64,000 nucleotides of DNA, taken from contig NC_092675.1 in assembly GCF_964355755.1 (NCBI RefSeq), positions 28,554,912 through 28,618,911 of the forward strand, written 5' to 3'. Each line of letters starts with the position of its first letter. The stretch's first letter is position 1. The notes below the pieces were generated by a model. The model saw nothing but the letters and a program-made list of their open reading frames with translations, made no database searches and was not told the origin of the DNA. The DNA comes from Antedon mediterranea. Its lineage: Eukaryota; Animalia; Echinodermata. The position numbers and the translations under genes were made by a program. Positions 1 to 13,400 of this stretch are shown one piece after another.

Positions 1-250
1 AACCTGTAATCAAATTTGAAATGTTGTTTGCATGGTGAATAAACACTAGTAAAGTCAGGTTTCAGGTTTTCTAAATGTAAAGTATTAATGTTTCATTAAC
101 AACTATCTTGGAAACACATGATGTTATTTACATTTTATTCTACTTTTATAACTTATTTAGTTTATTATAAAAGATTAACAGATAAATCAGTGTATCTCTG
201 CATTTATTAAATTTAATCTAAATAATAATAAATACACATTAATATCAAAC

Positions 251-449
251 CTTATTATTTAACTTGACTGCATTATATTTCCTCTGTGTTAAATTAAACA
301 CCATATATTTCCCAGGATGCCTTGAATCTAAGTACCCTCTAACATCATCAATATGGTTCTTGTACGTTGACTCTAAACCTTCTGCAGGATATGACATCAC
401 AATGATGCGAGATGTCAAGTACGATATGTCCATATCACCTTTGGCATAA
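251..449 (-). CDS. GAK: GAK exon 10 (start of PTEN-like domain); gene continues past position 1 (next acceptor at 4-5)
   Basis: YAKGDMDISYLTSRIIVMSYPAEGLESTYKNHIDDVRGYLDSRHPGKYMVFNL. Confidence 0.94.
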
Positions 450-1212
450 CTAACAAAAACACAATAATATAATATGATAAACTTACTTCTTAGTTTATTT
501 CATATACCTCCAAAAGCAAGTAAATCGCCAATTTGTCAACTGCATGATGGATTGGCTAAATTATGCTTATAAATTCTCATTTGCAGCTTAGGGAGTGGAG
601 TAGAAACAGTCATGAGTTACTTAACTCTGGCACTAGGTCAGGATTGAACCCTGGCACTAGGTCAGGATTGAACCCTGGACCTTGGAATTGGAAGGAAAGC
701 ATGTTAAACACCAAGTTACAGCTTCTCCACTATGTATATTTATATGTAAATACACAAAATTATTAGTAAAGACATCCTCCCCTGGCAATTGTTTGCAAAG
801 TATTAAATATTATATTAACAGAGAGAGTGGTCATTTTTAAATTATAAATAAATAAATTTAACTAGAAGAATTGAGAAAGTAGTAGAAATAGTATGAGTAT
901 TAACAACTTGTTTGACAAAAAAATGTGATGTGCACATACATGTATATGGGCATGATGATGTAATATCACTTCTATATTTAAGCATTTAACTACCATATTT
1001 GGGCACATCATACTTTTTTTGTCAAACAAGTTGTGTAGAGTAGACAGAGCTTTAGACTATGCATAAAGCAATGTAATGGTCAATACTATAAAACAAAATA
1101 ACAAACAATATAAAAACATAATGCAACCAATTAAGTAAGTCAACTATGTCAAATATAAAGGTATAAACTTAAAATACTTTATCCACATTAATAGTGGCAG
1201 ACAAATATTTAC

Positions 1213-1501
1213 CTGGCTACAGTGTTCACCATCTTTGACGACGTATCCTTTAAATTACTAAATAACTTTCCAGCTCCTCCCTTCATTATTCCCAGGAACT
1301 TTCCACTATCTTGCTCACTAGCTGGAGGAGGGGATTGGGCTTCAGGTTCCCGTTTATATTGACTTCCAGATGAGATAGCATCGTCACTGAGGTCAACCGG
1401 CGTCTTTAAGACAACATTCCGTGCTGCTCCTACTTCTTGTATCCTAGCAACAACATCGCTGATGTTAGGACGCTTTCTAGGGTCAACTTGCAGCATCCCA
1501 C
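1213..1501 (-). CDS. GAK: GAK exon 9 (kinase C-terminus and linker)
   Basis: GMLQVDPRKRPNI...KGGAGKLFSNLKDTSSKMVNTVA. Confidence 0.92.
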
Positions 1502-2090
1502 CTGTTAGTTAAACCATAGTGTATTACTTAACTCAACTAATATCTGACAGACATCTACTGGTCACTCAGTGTTTGGTTTTCGTAATGCATTTAAACAAAT
1601 TATTTTTGGTCTTGTCAAGTTTTCAGGGAGTTTTGTTTTTGAAAGGTCACATTTGAAACCAGTAGCCAAGATTTCAGGTCTTAAGAACTACTCTATACAG
1701 TAGAACCAATTAAAGGACACCTTCTGGATTCAACAAAGTGTCCCTTTATAGAGGTTTTTCTAAACTCAATGTTCCTCATGTTCACCGATCATCTGGTGAA
1801 CATTCATTTTCAAAGCTAGACCCAGACCTTTGGAATAACCTTTCAAGCACAATTCGTGACTCATCTTCAATTATAATTTTCAAAAAACTCTTGAAAACCC
1901 ATCTTTTCCCGAAATAATTATGTTCACCAGATGATCGGTCATTGTAAAGGCGCTATATCAATTGAAATGTTAAATGTTAAATGTTTTTCCTAAATAGGGG
2001 TGGGCCATAGTGTTTTACATATATTTGGTCCCCCTTCATTTCTCTAGAATGTTCTAATGTACCATTTTAAATTTAATATCAGTGACTTAC

Positions 2091-2226
2091 GTAGCAAATC
2101 ATGTAAAACACAGAAATCACTATCTTCTTCAGGTAATGTAAAATTAGCATTGATAATACGAAGTTTAGCCGAGTCTTCAAATGGGTGTTGGCCATAACAC
2201 AGCAAGTATAGTATACAACCAAGAGC
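2091..2226 (-). CDS. GAK: GAK exon 8
   Basis: ALGCILYLLCYGQHPFEDSAKLRIINANFTLP...; GTAAGT donor. Confidence 0.94.
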
Positions 2227-2569
2227 CTGTAACAGCAATAGATAATGTCAAGAATTCAGCATTATACCATGTCACTCTTCCCCAGAGAGGTGTTATAAGC
2301 CAAAGGCTAGAGGGCATACTCCAGACTGAAAAGTGATTCCAACAGGAGGGGGAACCAACTAGATGGCGGCCGTAAATGTATTAAAAAAAATTTCATTCAG
2401 CATTCATAAAAATGAGCATTTGCAGAATTACCGCACAGACTCAACAACTTTGTAGTCTAGTAACAGAATAAATAAATAAATGGCACACTATTGAAAGATT
2501 GCAGGTGAGTAGGGTACAGTATTCTCACAAATAACTATACATGGTTAATTGCATAATACAATATGTTAC

Positions 2570-2659
2570 CCATATATCCATTGCTTCATTAATTGGATAA
2601 TTATTGTATGTGTCCAGCATTTCAGGAGGTCTGTACATTGGTGTGGTGAATTGCTGAAG
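2570..2659 (-). CDS. GAK: GAK exon 7
   Basis: LQQFTTPMYRPPEMLDTYNNYPINEAMDIW. Confidence 0.94.
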
Positions 2660-3274
2660 CTGAAGAAACAAATATATCATTGAAACAATAAGTGATTAGG
2701 AATTCTGATAAAAGGCTACAAGTGGACAGTGTGGGACTCCATGGTCAAGTGGACAGTGTGGGACTCATAAAAGGCATAAAAAGGCAAGCTGTTTCAAAAC
2801 ATCTTGGGTGAGAACAATATCAGACAATATTGGCCTCACAAATCAAATTAAAGTGATTCAAGACATTTTATTGGTCAACTAAAATCAAAATTCATTTTTC
2901 TTGGCATAATTAAGACAATAAAACTACAAGAAAAATACATAAAAACGCTATAGGCAAATGTTAAAGTACTGTTAAAACGATTAAAAATGATTAAAATTCA
3001 AAACAAAAATTACAGTGGAGTTGCAGTTTGGTGGTTATAATGCTTGCCTACCAATGCTAGGGTGCTGAGTTCAAATCCAATCTGTCACCAAGGTTTTTTA
3101 TGACAACTTCTATCTTACAGTAATCTTTATGATAGTGAGATTAAAGGATATGGTCATACATTCATACAAGGTCCCTTTAAGAGCAATGTTAAATCTGAAA
3201 CAATTTATTTTACTTTGCAACATAGAGGGGTGGTATAGATATAAATGGTGATTCTTTTAATCAAAATGACTTAC

Positions 3275-3400
3275 CTCATCTTCAAGTAAACTTCTCTTTA
3301 ATGAGCTCCACGATTCATCAGGTTGATACGTCTTTACTGTAGCACTTCCAAAATCACAAAGTTTAATAATTCCTTTACTACTTATCAATAGATTTTCCAC
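3275..3400 (-). CDS. GAK: GAK exon 6 (DFG motif)
   Basis: VENLLISSKGIIKLCDFGSATVKTYQPDESWSSLKRSLLEDE. Confidence 0.94.
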
Positions 3401-3688
3401 CTAAAATATGAACACAACAATAATTAAATAATATTGATAAATTAGTTTTGTTATGGATTCCTAAAAACAGTGCTACGAAATATACCTGCCACAGGGTTTT
3501 ATATTCTTTGTATATCAAATGTACAAACGCTATACATAATCATATCAAGTACAGCTCATCATGTTCAAGTTTTAACTGAGTATGTCGATATATACGACCT
3601 ATAACCTACTGTGCTTATTCATTTTCAATCATTGTGCTTAATATACGAGGACAATTTGATGTGCTTCTTCGCTTAATTCTTTGACACA

Positions 3689-3860
3689 GAATTCTATGTC
3701 CGCGCCATATTTACAAGGTCAATCGGGACAAAAATTTCCATCTAGGCCCTAGCACGGTGATGTGAAATTTACATCATCGTGCTAGCCTTCGCGCTTATGG
3801 ACATTTTTGTCCCGATCGAAGTCGCTTATATGCATAGGTCATGGTAAATCGAAGACTCTC
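3689..3860. mobile_element. Palindromic MITE-like insert in GAK intron 5
   Basis: Nested inverted repeats ATCGGGACAAAAAT/ATTTTTGTCCCGAT and CTAGCACGGTGATGT/ACATCATCGTGCTAG. Confidence 0.55.
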
Positions 3861-3879
3861 TAATAAATAGTTAACATAC

Positions 3880-4019
3880 CTTGAGATCCCTATGTACAAT
3901 TGGTGGTTTCTGTTTATGCATGTGTTGTACGCTTCGACACGTTTGGTAAAACACTCGTAATACTTGTTCACATGATAAAGCCGAGATCCTATCGTTAAGT
4001 GCTTTTACAACTTCTCCTC
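3880..4019 (-). CDS. GAK: GAK exon 5 (catalytic loop)
   Basis: ...QTCRSVQHMHKQKPPIVHRDLK, the NAK-family catalytic loop. Confidence 0.95.
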
Positions 4020-4316
4020 CTGAAAAAAAAAAGAACGTAAAGTTGCTAATTTGTTTTATATGCAACATGAAATTATTTATGGGGATATGATTAACTGTGT
4101 ATTCAGTAACTTCAAACTGCACTATGGGTGTGACTTCAAAACATTATTATAATATTAGCTCCCAGAAATAGTTTACAATAGACCACCTCAACAAACCCAC
4201 AAAATGAATAGCACATAATACTAATAGTTGAACTCTGCTTTCCAATATTTGTCTCCATAAATTATACAAAATATAACATTTCCTAGACACTGAATTACAT
4301 AGTTACAGCCTCTTAC

Positions 4317-4431
4317 CTGTACATAGCTCCATCAATAGGAGATACTCTGCTTTGCCTGTGTCTGATTCCTCTTTATTAATGGCCGCTGCCTGCATAAATT
4401 GCACAATATTTGGATGCCCAGAAAGTTTTTT
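4317..4431 (-). CDS. GAK: GAK exon 4
   Basis: KKLSGHPNIVQFMQAAAINKEESDTGKAEYLLLMELCT; CAG/GTAAG boundaries. Confidence 0.93.
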
Positions 4432-4652
4432 CTGACAAACTTTGTCAAGGAATATACAAACAAATGCAATGATGGCAACATTCAATGTTCTTAATTCTTA
4501 ATAGTATAATTATGTTCTAATTTAAAGTAATTAGTTGTTATTATCATATGGTTATTTTAATTTATCAATATATCATATCTCTTTTGTGATTAAAATCCAT
4601 TTATCTGGAGAAGGGTGAAGAGGACAAGAGGGGGGTCATAATAACTACTAGA

Positions 4653-4836
4653 TTCAACCCTCCCAATACCAGACAATTTTGGCCTAGCCTAATAATATGT
4701 CTGGTTTTCCAGAAAACCTGGTATCTGAAATGTGTTTTTAATGGTAAAAATGAATTTGGGACCTTTTGGACCTCAAGAAAAGTTTAGTTTTCGGATGGAT
4801 TCATTTACAGGGATTCCGGTATTGGGAGAGTTGTAT
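4653..4836. mobile_element. Tc1/mariner-pogo-like MITE
   Basis: TIR CAACCCTCCCAATACC versus GGTATTGGGAGAGTTG. Confidence 0.5.
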
Positions 4837-6242
4837 TTCAACATATGCTTCATTCTCGTATTTCAGTATTTTGAACTTATATTAGTTCCAATTTGTTAAT
4901 GACATACAAAAATGAAAATATTAATAAACTATCTTTTTTAATTATATTGATAAAAGTAGTTGTTTATTTTAGTATAGTAAATTAATTCATCAAAACCAAT
5001 CATACAAAAGGTACTGTATGACAAAGTGTAAACTCCATTAATCCCAAACTAAAAATGTCAAAATCAAATGGTCTGAGCCATCACAATCAGTGAGTCTCCT
5101 CAAGCACAGTGAAATGAGTGCAGGTTGGGCTATAGACACAATATTGTGATTCAACAACAGTAATGCATAGTCTTTCATTAACAGTTTCAATCAATGTGAG
5201 ACCTAGGTAAACCAATACATGCTATTGATCTAGAACAATAAACACCGCTTAATGATTTCCACTACATTGGATTTACAACAACTAACCTATTTATAGTGGT
5301 TGAAAACAACAACAAAATAGCCTATGCCTAACCCGATTATTATATGACAAAATTAGTAGTATAGTGAGTATTAAATGACAACCCTAGATCCTATAAATAA
5401 TTTGTAATTGTTAACCACTTTCTCTATGACTATTTTCATGATGATGTACCATATTAATTACTGAGTTGCAATAATTTTCTAACAAAATTATTATCCTCGA
5501 AAAACTAGGGAAAAAACATATATTGCTTGTAATCTTTTTCTTGTATTTGTTAGTGAAAATGATTTTGAAAAATAAATAAATGAATCCTATATTGTTATAT
5601 AATGGTAGCATATCAAGCAAAGGATTCCAGGTTCGAATCTCAATTGGGGCTGATTTTTCTAATTTTCATCATCTTCACCATTTAAACATTTACCACTGTT
5701 GATATTAATGTTTAAAACAAATAAAGCCAAGACCCTTGGGTTATTTATTTATTAAATATTTTAACCGATGACCCTTGTACTGTACTATGTAATCACTATT
5801 ATCCAATTCTTAACACAAAATGTGTAATGTATTTACAATTTATTTAACAGTTTGTTACTGGCAAATACAATTGTTTGCGTTTATAATTGTTCACCATTTT
5901 ATGAGTACTGTTTACACAGTACATCTAGTAAGAATCTGTTACACTTACGCAACATGTGTTGTTTATTTAGTAAGTATCTGTACAGTTTGATATGGAAATG
6001 GAAATGTTGCAGCGTCTGTTATTTGGTCATTCCACCATAAAGGTAACAACAAATTTGTACCTTTTTTATGGGGTGGGGGTAGAGGTGGAGGGAAGTGGAT
6101 GATCTCTACCAAATGAATCTATTATGAAATAAAAATATGAGGACCAAATAGTAAAGTTTTACTATTGGTTTGTCAATTAAACTATTGTAGACTATTAGGA
6201 GGTGATATCTAGTAGATTAAGGTACAAAATAATGCACATTTT

Positions 6243-6592
6243 AATTGTATGACGCATTATACGACACCCGAGAGAGGTGCTTCACGTGTGCGTCATTTAC
6301 AAACAAATTACGATGCAGGGGTGCGTAAAACAACCAGAATGGTATGTCACCTCAATTAACAACGATGCGTCAATGTCCGTCACTCTACCACAAAATAACA
6401 GTCATGGTGCGTCTTTGTTCTCTAAAAGGTCTGTTACTAATTTTAAAAGGGGTGCGTCATTGTCAGGTAAAGGTAAGTCAATTTTTTTTAGGTGTTGGGT
6501 GCATCATTATCATGGTATATGTACATAAGGTATGACAAACATCAGACAACCGACACACCTCTCCCGGTGGTCATATAGTGTGTTATACAATT
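6243..6592. mobile_element. MITE with ~35-bp TIRs
   Basis: AATTGTATGACGCATTATACGACACCCGAGAGAGGTG is the imperfect inverse of CACCTCTCCCGGTGGTCATATAGTGTGTTATACAATT. Confidence 0.6.
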
Positions 6593-6719
6593 GACAGGAG
6601 CATAACCTCAAATACATTTTTGTGCAATTTAAAGATTTATCCAAATGGTATAAAATGTAATTTTGTATATAAATAACCTATTTTTTAATTGTTTATTTTA
6701 TTGATTTAACAAAGGATAC

Positions 6720-6779
6720 TAGTACAGTAATTTCATGTAATATTGCTTTGCTTTTATCTTCATCATTCGCCAACAATCT
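6720..6779 (-). CDS. GAK: GAK exon 3 (helix C)
   Basis: RLLANDEDKSKAILHEITVL; followed by a GTATCCTTT donor. Confidence 0.9.
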
Positions 6780-6958
6780 CTGAAGAAACAAACACAAGTT
6801 AATCGAAACTACAATTACAATATTTTTGTGAAAATATCTTAAAGGTAGTGTAAGTAAAAACAGAGAAGATTTCACTCTTCCTTGGTAAGTGTCATCTATT
6901 GTTTTGACAGTCTTCTGCACAGGACACCTGTTATTTCCTATAGACAAGCATGACTTAA

Positions 6959-8534
6959 AGGGGGGTTCCGGGTTTAAAATGAATAGTAAAAAATGTAAAA
7001 TATATTTGTTTGTCTCTTGAACGGTAAAAGTTTCAATTTATATAAGCGCCCAGTGAAGCAGAACGAAGGCTGTGAAATCAGGCCAGATTACAAGTGCAGC
7101 TACGGCAAAATCACACTGTGGTTACAAAATAGGAAATTCGTGAAATGGTCCATCTTCCGACGACTCGTTATCAAAAACCATATCAATTACTTTTGTAAAA
7201 TTATACTTATCTGATGTAATTTTAGTCGGTCTTCCCATTTATAAAGTCAATTTTTTATGAAAATTCATCAAAACAGTGAAAAATTAGATATGTTTGCACT
7301 TTACGTTTGCCGATTTTCGCACCGACTTAGGGAAAAATCAAAATCAATGAAGCGTAACGTATACTGTACATTCCTGCTGAGGATCGAGCGAGACGAAAAT
7401 ACACGTGCTCTCTCTGCTGCTGCCCATGCCTGGCATCGTCACGTGATAAGCAGATACAACAATACCAAACTGGTCGGGTCGAGTATACCCCGTCTATAAT
7501 CACAACATGAACGATGTACAGTATTTGATTGAAGGTCGACTAGACCTACCGGATTGGTATAGATAATATATCTCGAATGAGAGAGTTGGAATATTTGTGT
7601 AGTGCAGCCTATAGTAAAAGGCCTGGTTGTATCAATTCACATAGGGTCTACTACACTAGCTAGCTCAATTTTTAACTGGGCCGGATCGGCTAGGTCTCCT
7701 TCCTACTACCTGGTCTACTTGCTTGATGCATGAGTATCCGCTTTTTTGGAGAGTAAACTAAGCCTATTTTATTTTAGGCCTACTTAGACGATCGGGACAC
7801 CATACGTGTGGACGGCGATCGGACCTTGTTTTGCTTCAATATTTACAGCCGATTTTGTAGAACGTTTTAGGTTTAGATTGTTTAGGAGTTTGGTTGATAG
7901 GATGGGTTTTGTTATTTATGGGCCAATCGTCTAGTAGTAGGCTAGCTAGGCCCATGGGCCCCATTGTTTTAACGTAGCCATCATGGCATGGAATCCCTAG
8001 TCAGAATGGCTCTCGCCCATATTATTATTAGGCTAGGCCTAGAGTAGTATTGTACGTGAAGCCGATAATACGATCTGTACTATAGAGGTATAAAAATAGT
8101 ATAATTTATGACTCCGTATCTGTACTAAATTTTGTATTTCATTAAATGTCAAATAAAGATATGCTACTACTGTTATTATTACACTTTAGGCCTAGCTTAG
8201 AAAATCTACAAAAAATGTATTTCACAATGATCGGGTGGTCGTCGTTTGACAGGGGAGAGAGATGTAAATTAGTTGACAAACACAACGTACATGACGTCGC
8301 GAGTTTGGAATCCACTGGTGACGTGATTTTGTGAATATCTCATGAATATTAATGAGCTTCCCTAAGCTGCTGAAAAACAGACTTTCCATGAATTTACCCT
8401 AAAATGTATATGAAATTTAATTTTTTTAATTTCTCGTTATTACTTCTTCATTCTGACATGTCTATATTGTTATAATATTTTTTATTTAATAAATAAACGA
8501 TATTTAAAACCAATTTTAAACCCAGAATCCCCCT
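6959..8534. mobile_element. Non-autonomous Kolobok-like DNA transposon in GAK intron 2
   Basis: TTAA on both sides; 22-bp TIRs AGGGGGGTTCCGGGTTTAAAAT / AGGGGGATTCTGGGTTTAAAAT. Confidence 0.75.
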
Positions 8535-8565
8535 TTAATAAATCATCATTTGGAGAAATGTTTAC

Positions 8566-8627
8566 CTTCAGAGCATAATCTTTTCCAGTTGCAATATCTT
8601 GGGCAACAAACACAAAAGCAAATCCAC
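8566..8627 (-). CDS. GAK: GAK exon 2 (Gly-rich loop and catalytic Lys)
   Basis: GFAFVFVAQDIATGKDYALK; AG/GT boundaries in phase with both neighbours. Confidence 0.92.
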
Positions 8628-8885
8628 CTTTAAAAACAAATAAATAATAACTTTATTTTATTATTTATAATCCAATTTAATTGATTTTCTTTAGGTTCTA
8701 GGCAAGGCTTAAATTGAAGATAAAAAAAAACCATCCTAACTAATGCATATTTATAAAATTTAAACAGTGGGTATTTACTGATGGTAACAAAAACAAAGTT
8801 GTGTGCTCTGTATAGCTAGGCTTGGCTTGGCATACAGATACATTTATTAGAAAGTCTGCCATCGCGGAAGTTATTGATTCCCTAC

Positions 8886-9015
8886 CTTCTGCAATAACCC
8901 GTTTCACACGGAGTTTCGTATCTCCCAACTCAACCGTTTGGCCTACAAAATCATTTCCGCCACCACCTTGTCCTCCACTTAGATATCCAAAAGCTGACTT
9001 AAATAATCCAGACAT
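8886..9015 (-). CDS. GAK: Cyclin G-associated kinase, coding exon 1
   Basis: MSGLFKSAFGYL...DFVGQTVELGDTKLRVKRVIAEG matches the GAK N-terminus; GTAGG donor, phase 1. Confidence 0.93.
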
Positions 9016-9099
9016 CTTCTTTTATTAAACTATTTAAAGTGAATGTTGAATTCGAATTAATTAGTGTTGAAAACTGTTGTTACATATTGATAGTCCAGC

Positions 9100-9330
9100 C
9101 TATTCAGCTAGCCTAGCCTCGGCAATGGAGCGGAGTGGGAGGTGGGCAGCTGACAAATTCGCCCGGCTAGCCCCTCCGCCGCCACGACGACACAGGCCTT
9201 AGATTGTTAGGCTTAGCGTGCTAGATATATAGAGGGCGACATAATGTTTTTTAAGGTTTTCACGCGCCACACACAGAGAGAGCAGCTCAGCAGCAGAGAG
9301 CAAACTTGGAGAAAAAAAATATAAATATAT
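9100..9330 (-). promoter_or_regulatory. Probable GAK promoter / 5' UTR
   Basis: Locally GC/CpG-rich patch just upstream of the ATG in an AT-rich background. Confidence 0.45.
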
Positions 9331-10978
9331 ATTAAATTTTCTCCTCCAGGCACATACCCCGCATATCTCATTATAGGATTATTTTAACCTCAGATTAAAT
9401 TTATTTGATACCGAGGAAGTAATACAAGGAAAGAGTGAAATTAAATTTTAAAAGAAATTGTAATTCACTTTTCCCTTTCAACTGAATAAATAAATTTACT
9501 TACCAACCGGGGCATGGCGGAATTTTTGTCCCGATTAACGCATCCAAATTGCAAAATAAGAAAGGAAAAGGAACACAAAATCAACCGAGGCACATCGAGG
9601 ATTTCATTTCAGCGACTACAATAGCATAACATTTTTTGTTTGTTTTTGATTTTTTTTGCTGGCGCGTTGTGTTTTTGGAAATGAAATAATTTAAAAAAAG
9701 CAATCCGACAGACAGACCACAAAATATGATTCTTTTATTTGTCTTTAAAAACACATTTTGAATCTCTGTATTGTGTTTCTCGTTTAATAAAGAAGGAAAT
9801 TAATAAAATAAATAAAGTTCAATCAGAATTTCTTCTGAATCATAAGGTTGGGTAACTATTTCCGGTTTCAGAAGTTTTCCGTTTTGGATCGTCATCGAAT
9901 TACATTATCGGACCTAAGTTATAAAAAAGAAAACACTAAAAAACAAACAAAAATAACTCAATAATAGGACTTACAATGCATCATAAAAATGCTTTATTTC
10001 AAAATGTGTATGCTTTCAATTAAGCCTATAAGACTGATTTGGTATTATATGAGCGCACTATGTTTTTTGTTTTACTCTAGAATATATTTCATATACCCCC
10101 AAAATGTTAATTAACTCTAAATACATGCTATAATTTCTCAATCATCATACAGTAATTGTATATCTTTAGTGAATATGATTATTTCATTGATTTTTTTATT
10201 TATTTGGTGGAAAAAAGGAAAAAACAGGGCCAATTCAATTCATTGTTTTTAACAATAAGACTAGAGGCGAGGTCCTAATTGCTACTACAAACAATTACAA
10301 AACACTACAATACAAAAATAATACTGTTATTCCTAACGCTTGTTATTTTAAAACAGTGTCATTGGATGGTTAAAAAGATGAAATAAAAATGTTCAGACTT
10401 TTAATAAAACATAAAATATTTACTACAAATTCATTGGAAAACACGGTGTTCTTCATTCCTCGTACTCGAAATATGTGATTTGTGTTTCTGTACTGTCTCA
10501 TTTTATAATTCTACTTTTACTTAATATATATTAACCTAAATACCGGCCAATATTCAATTGAAAATAGTGTCATTATCCAGTACTAATATCAACCGTCAAC
10601 TTTTATTTTAATATAATCATAACATATTATGGCAAACATCAGATTCCAACATTTTTATTTATTTGATGTAGTCTTTAATATGAAAACAAATGCATACAAT
10701 CATAAATTAAAACATTTGTTGGTATTTTGCTTAGAATCCTCTTTATTTATCAGAATTTATAAACAAAATCATAAGGTTGGACAACTATTGAATTGGTCCT
10801 TTGTTAAATCTAAGAAACCGAAGCCAACGATTTAAGCATTAATATTTAAAACTGTATATCTAATACTATTATTATTAGTTGTAAATTAAGAAATCGTGCT
10901 AAAATAATGTTTGATACACCGAGACTTAAGATCATAAACACTGCTGTACAAAAACCGGGCATATACAATTTGTATTGA

Positions 10979-11098
10979 AACAAGGCCATATAGATGGCTG
11001 CAATCGCGTGCTCTAGTTAGTGTTTACTGACCGACCGACCAACCGACCCACCGACCGACCGACCAACCGACAGACATAGAGTTGCACGCGACTAAAAA
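10979..11098 (-). mobile_element. Helentron-associated (HINE/DINE-1-like) element
   Basis: TTTTTAGTCGCGTG start, GTCG/GTTG microsatellite, GGCCTTGTT end; same family as 36072-36915. Confidence 0.6.
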
Positions 11099-11189
11099 TG
11101 AACATTCAAAACGTGTAACCTTCATGTGATCGTAGATAATATGAATAATCAAATTTAAAATGTTATTTTTTCCAAAATCACATGAATGC

Positions 11190-11434
11190 TTAATTAATGA
11201 TTTCAATGTAAGAACTATTTGGATCATCAACACATTGCTCAGACTTTGCTGGAACGACAATGTCATGGTACAATGGTACAGAAGCACCAGAGTCTACCGG
11301 AGGAACGACAGTATCATGGTACAATGTACTCTGGTCAGTTGATGGAACAGCAGCACCGTGCTTCTGCGAACTTAGCTGGTACAACTCATTCTGGTGTGTA
11401 TCTTGGTTAATGGATTTACCGTTAGAATCAGAAT
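11190..11434 (-). CDS. Cytoplasmic terminal exon with Tyr motifs
   Basis: TTTGTAG acceptor, phase 1, open to a stop; ELYQL, LYHDT, LYHDI, SYIEI. Confidence 0.5.
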
Positions 11435-11972
11435 CTACAAAGATAAATATTAATCATCTATAAATTACCACCAGTAGGCCTACACTTACCTGTACAATTT
11501 TTGGAACTATCTAAACAAACCGAGTGTTGCATATTCGACTACTGTTGTGCGGTTGGTGTACACATTACTGTGTTTTCGCAACTTTATACTGTCACTCGAT
11601 TCTCGGTACTGTATCTACATTTGTCCAGTATCATAGGAATAGACCTATTTATTTATAACCATATTTGACATGGATCACATTTACATTATATAATGTTCTT
11701 ACAAATGGTCCATGGTAAGATAATAATTTATAAATCTAGCAAAACAATTAAAGGTTAAACCTTTCAAAAATATAAGCGCGCCGCCAGCTAGTTTTTTGTT
11801 TGTCTTTGTTATTATTAGGCTTATTTATTATTGAATAACATTTGCGATTTATATAAATAATTTCAATATTAAATAAATAGGCATCACAATTATTAACACA
11901 ATTATTAATCATATCATACCATATGAGAATCAGGTGATAAAATGATGACACTATAATCGTAACTTTACGTAC

Positions 11973-12299
11973 CTTGCTTTCTTCCTGATGTTTTCAACTT
12001 GTTTCGTAGAAAGATTAAGAAACACATAACTACAACAGTAATTATAACAGTAGACAACACAATTATGATATCAACCACTAAACCATGACATGTGTTAAGT
12101 TCATACCAGGGAGTTGTTTCAAGTAAATTGTTTGGTGTATTCGTAACTGAATTCGCGTTGCTAACAGTGGCATTAACATTCTTTGTTAGATACAATCGTG
12201 GTGTTGTTAGATCCAATCGTGACGTTGTTAGACCCAATCGTGACGTTTTCTGGTGCTGGTCTGTGCTGGTTACTTCTTGGCATATTTCAGGAGTTGAAT
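11973..12299 (-). CDS. Thr/Asn-rich stalk plus transmembrane exon
   Basis: S/T/N-rich stretch, then IIIVLSTVIITVVVMCFLIFL followed by basic RNKLK; phase 1-1. Confidence 0.6.
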
Positions 12300-13052
12300 C
12301 TATAATATTAAGTTAAGATGATAAGTTAATCATTCTTCTTGCTTGGTCGGGCAAGTAAATATCTAAAGTAAAGTAATAATCTGACAATATTAGGAAATTG
12401 ATAATAATCATGTTCCTTTAATGAGTATATGCGAAAATCTATCTATGGTTTCATGCAACGTATGTTGAATAGTTGTATTATCCGTGATGCTTGTGTTTGC
12501 AAACATTTTATGCTCCATAACTCAAAAATTTATTGTAGGTGGAGAAGTATCCTATTTAAGCTTAGAGTTTGCGGATTTTCTTTTTTTCTTTTTCTGTTTG
12601 TACTTTTGTTGATATGGATGAAATTTTTCCAAAATAAAAGAAATGTAATTGTATTGAATTACTAAAGTTGGTCAAGTCATTGATGATATTCTCAAATACT
12701 CAATATTCTCAAATCTCAATTAATGAGTGATATTTTCAGTTTCTGTTTGCTAATAGACATAACATCTTTTTTGTCTATATTATTTTCGTTGACGTAATAT
12801 TATAATCCATTTGTACATACTTGTTAACTATAATAATAGATACGTAGCTATTTTCAGTTGGTTATAGAAATGATGTATCTGGGTATGTCCCTATGACCTG
12901 ATGATGGGCTATGCCCGAAACGTGTTAATACATTATTTAGGTTATAGTTTTAACTTGTTTGATTTTGATTTTTTTATACTATCTACCCTGCTATATGCAG
13001 CTCTTTGATTTATATGTCCCTAGTAATATTGTCAAAACGTTGTCATACTCAC

Positions 13053-13400
13053 CAGTAGATTCACAGACAATGGTGTTTATTTCATCAGTTGCTGAACAGT
13101 TTATGTTTTCACTATAATTCGGATAAAAAGTTCCATCATACACATCGATTATTACGCATCCCTTGTTGAGATTTTTCTGGGGTAGTTCTGATTCTACATG
13201 GACATTAAACTTACTACGAGACAGGACTCTAAGAACATATAAAACGCTATCTGTTAATTGATCGTATTCCTCAACGCTATTCATGACAGTGATATTCCCG
13301 CCAATCATTTCACATTCCCGTTGAGCATCAATACACGATCTTTGTTGATTGCTCACTTTTATAAATTTATAGCAGTTGGATTCATTGTACACGGGTCTAC
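13053..13400 (-). CDS. Divergent C-type lectin-like domain exon
   Basis: NCYKFI...DAQRECEMIGGNITVMNSVEEYDQL...CVII...NC...IVCE Cys pattern; CAG/GTGAG, phase 1-1. Confidence 0.7.

Larger units (their letters stand above)
4432..6719 (-). other. U12-type (minor spliceosome) GT-AG intron, GAK intron 3
   Basis: 5' site GTATCCTTT (6719-6711); branch site TTCCTTGAC (4452-4444) 12 nt before the intron end; no polypyrimidine tract. Confidence 0.85.
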
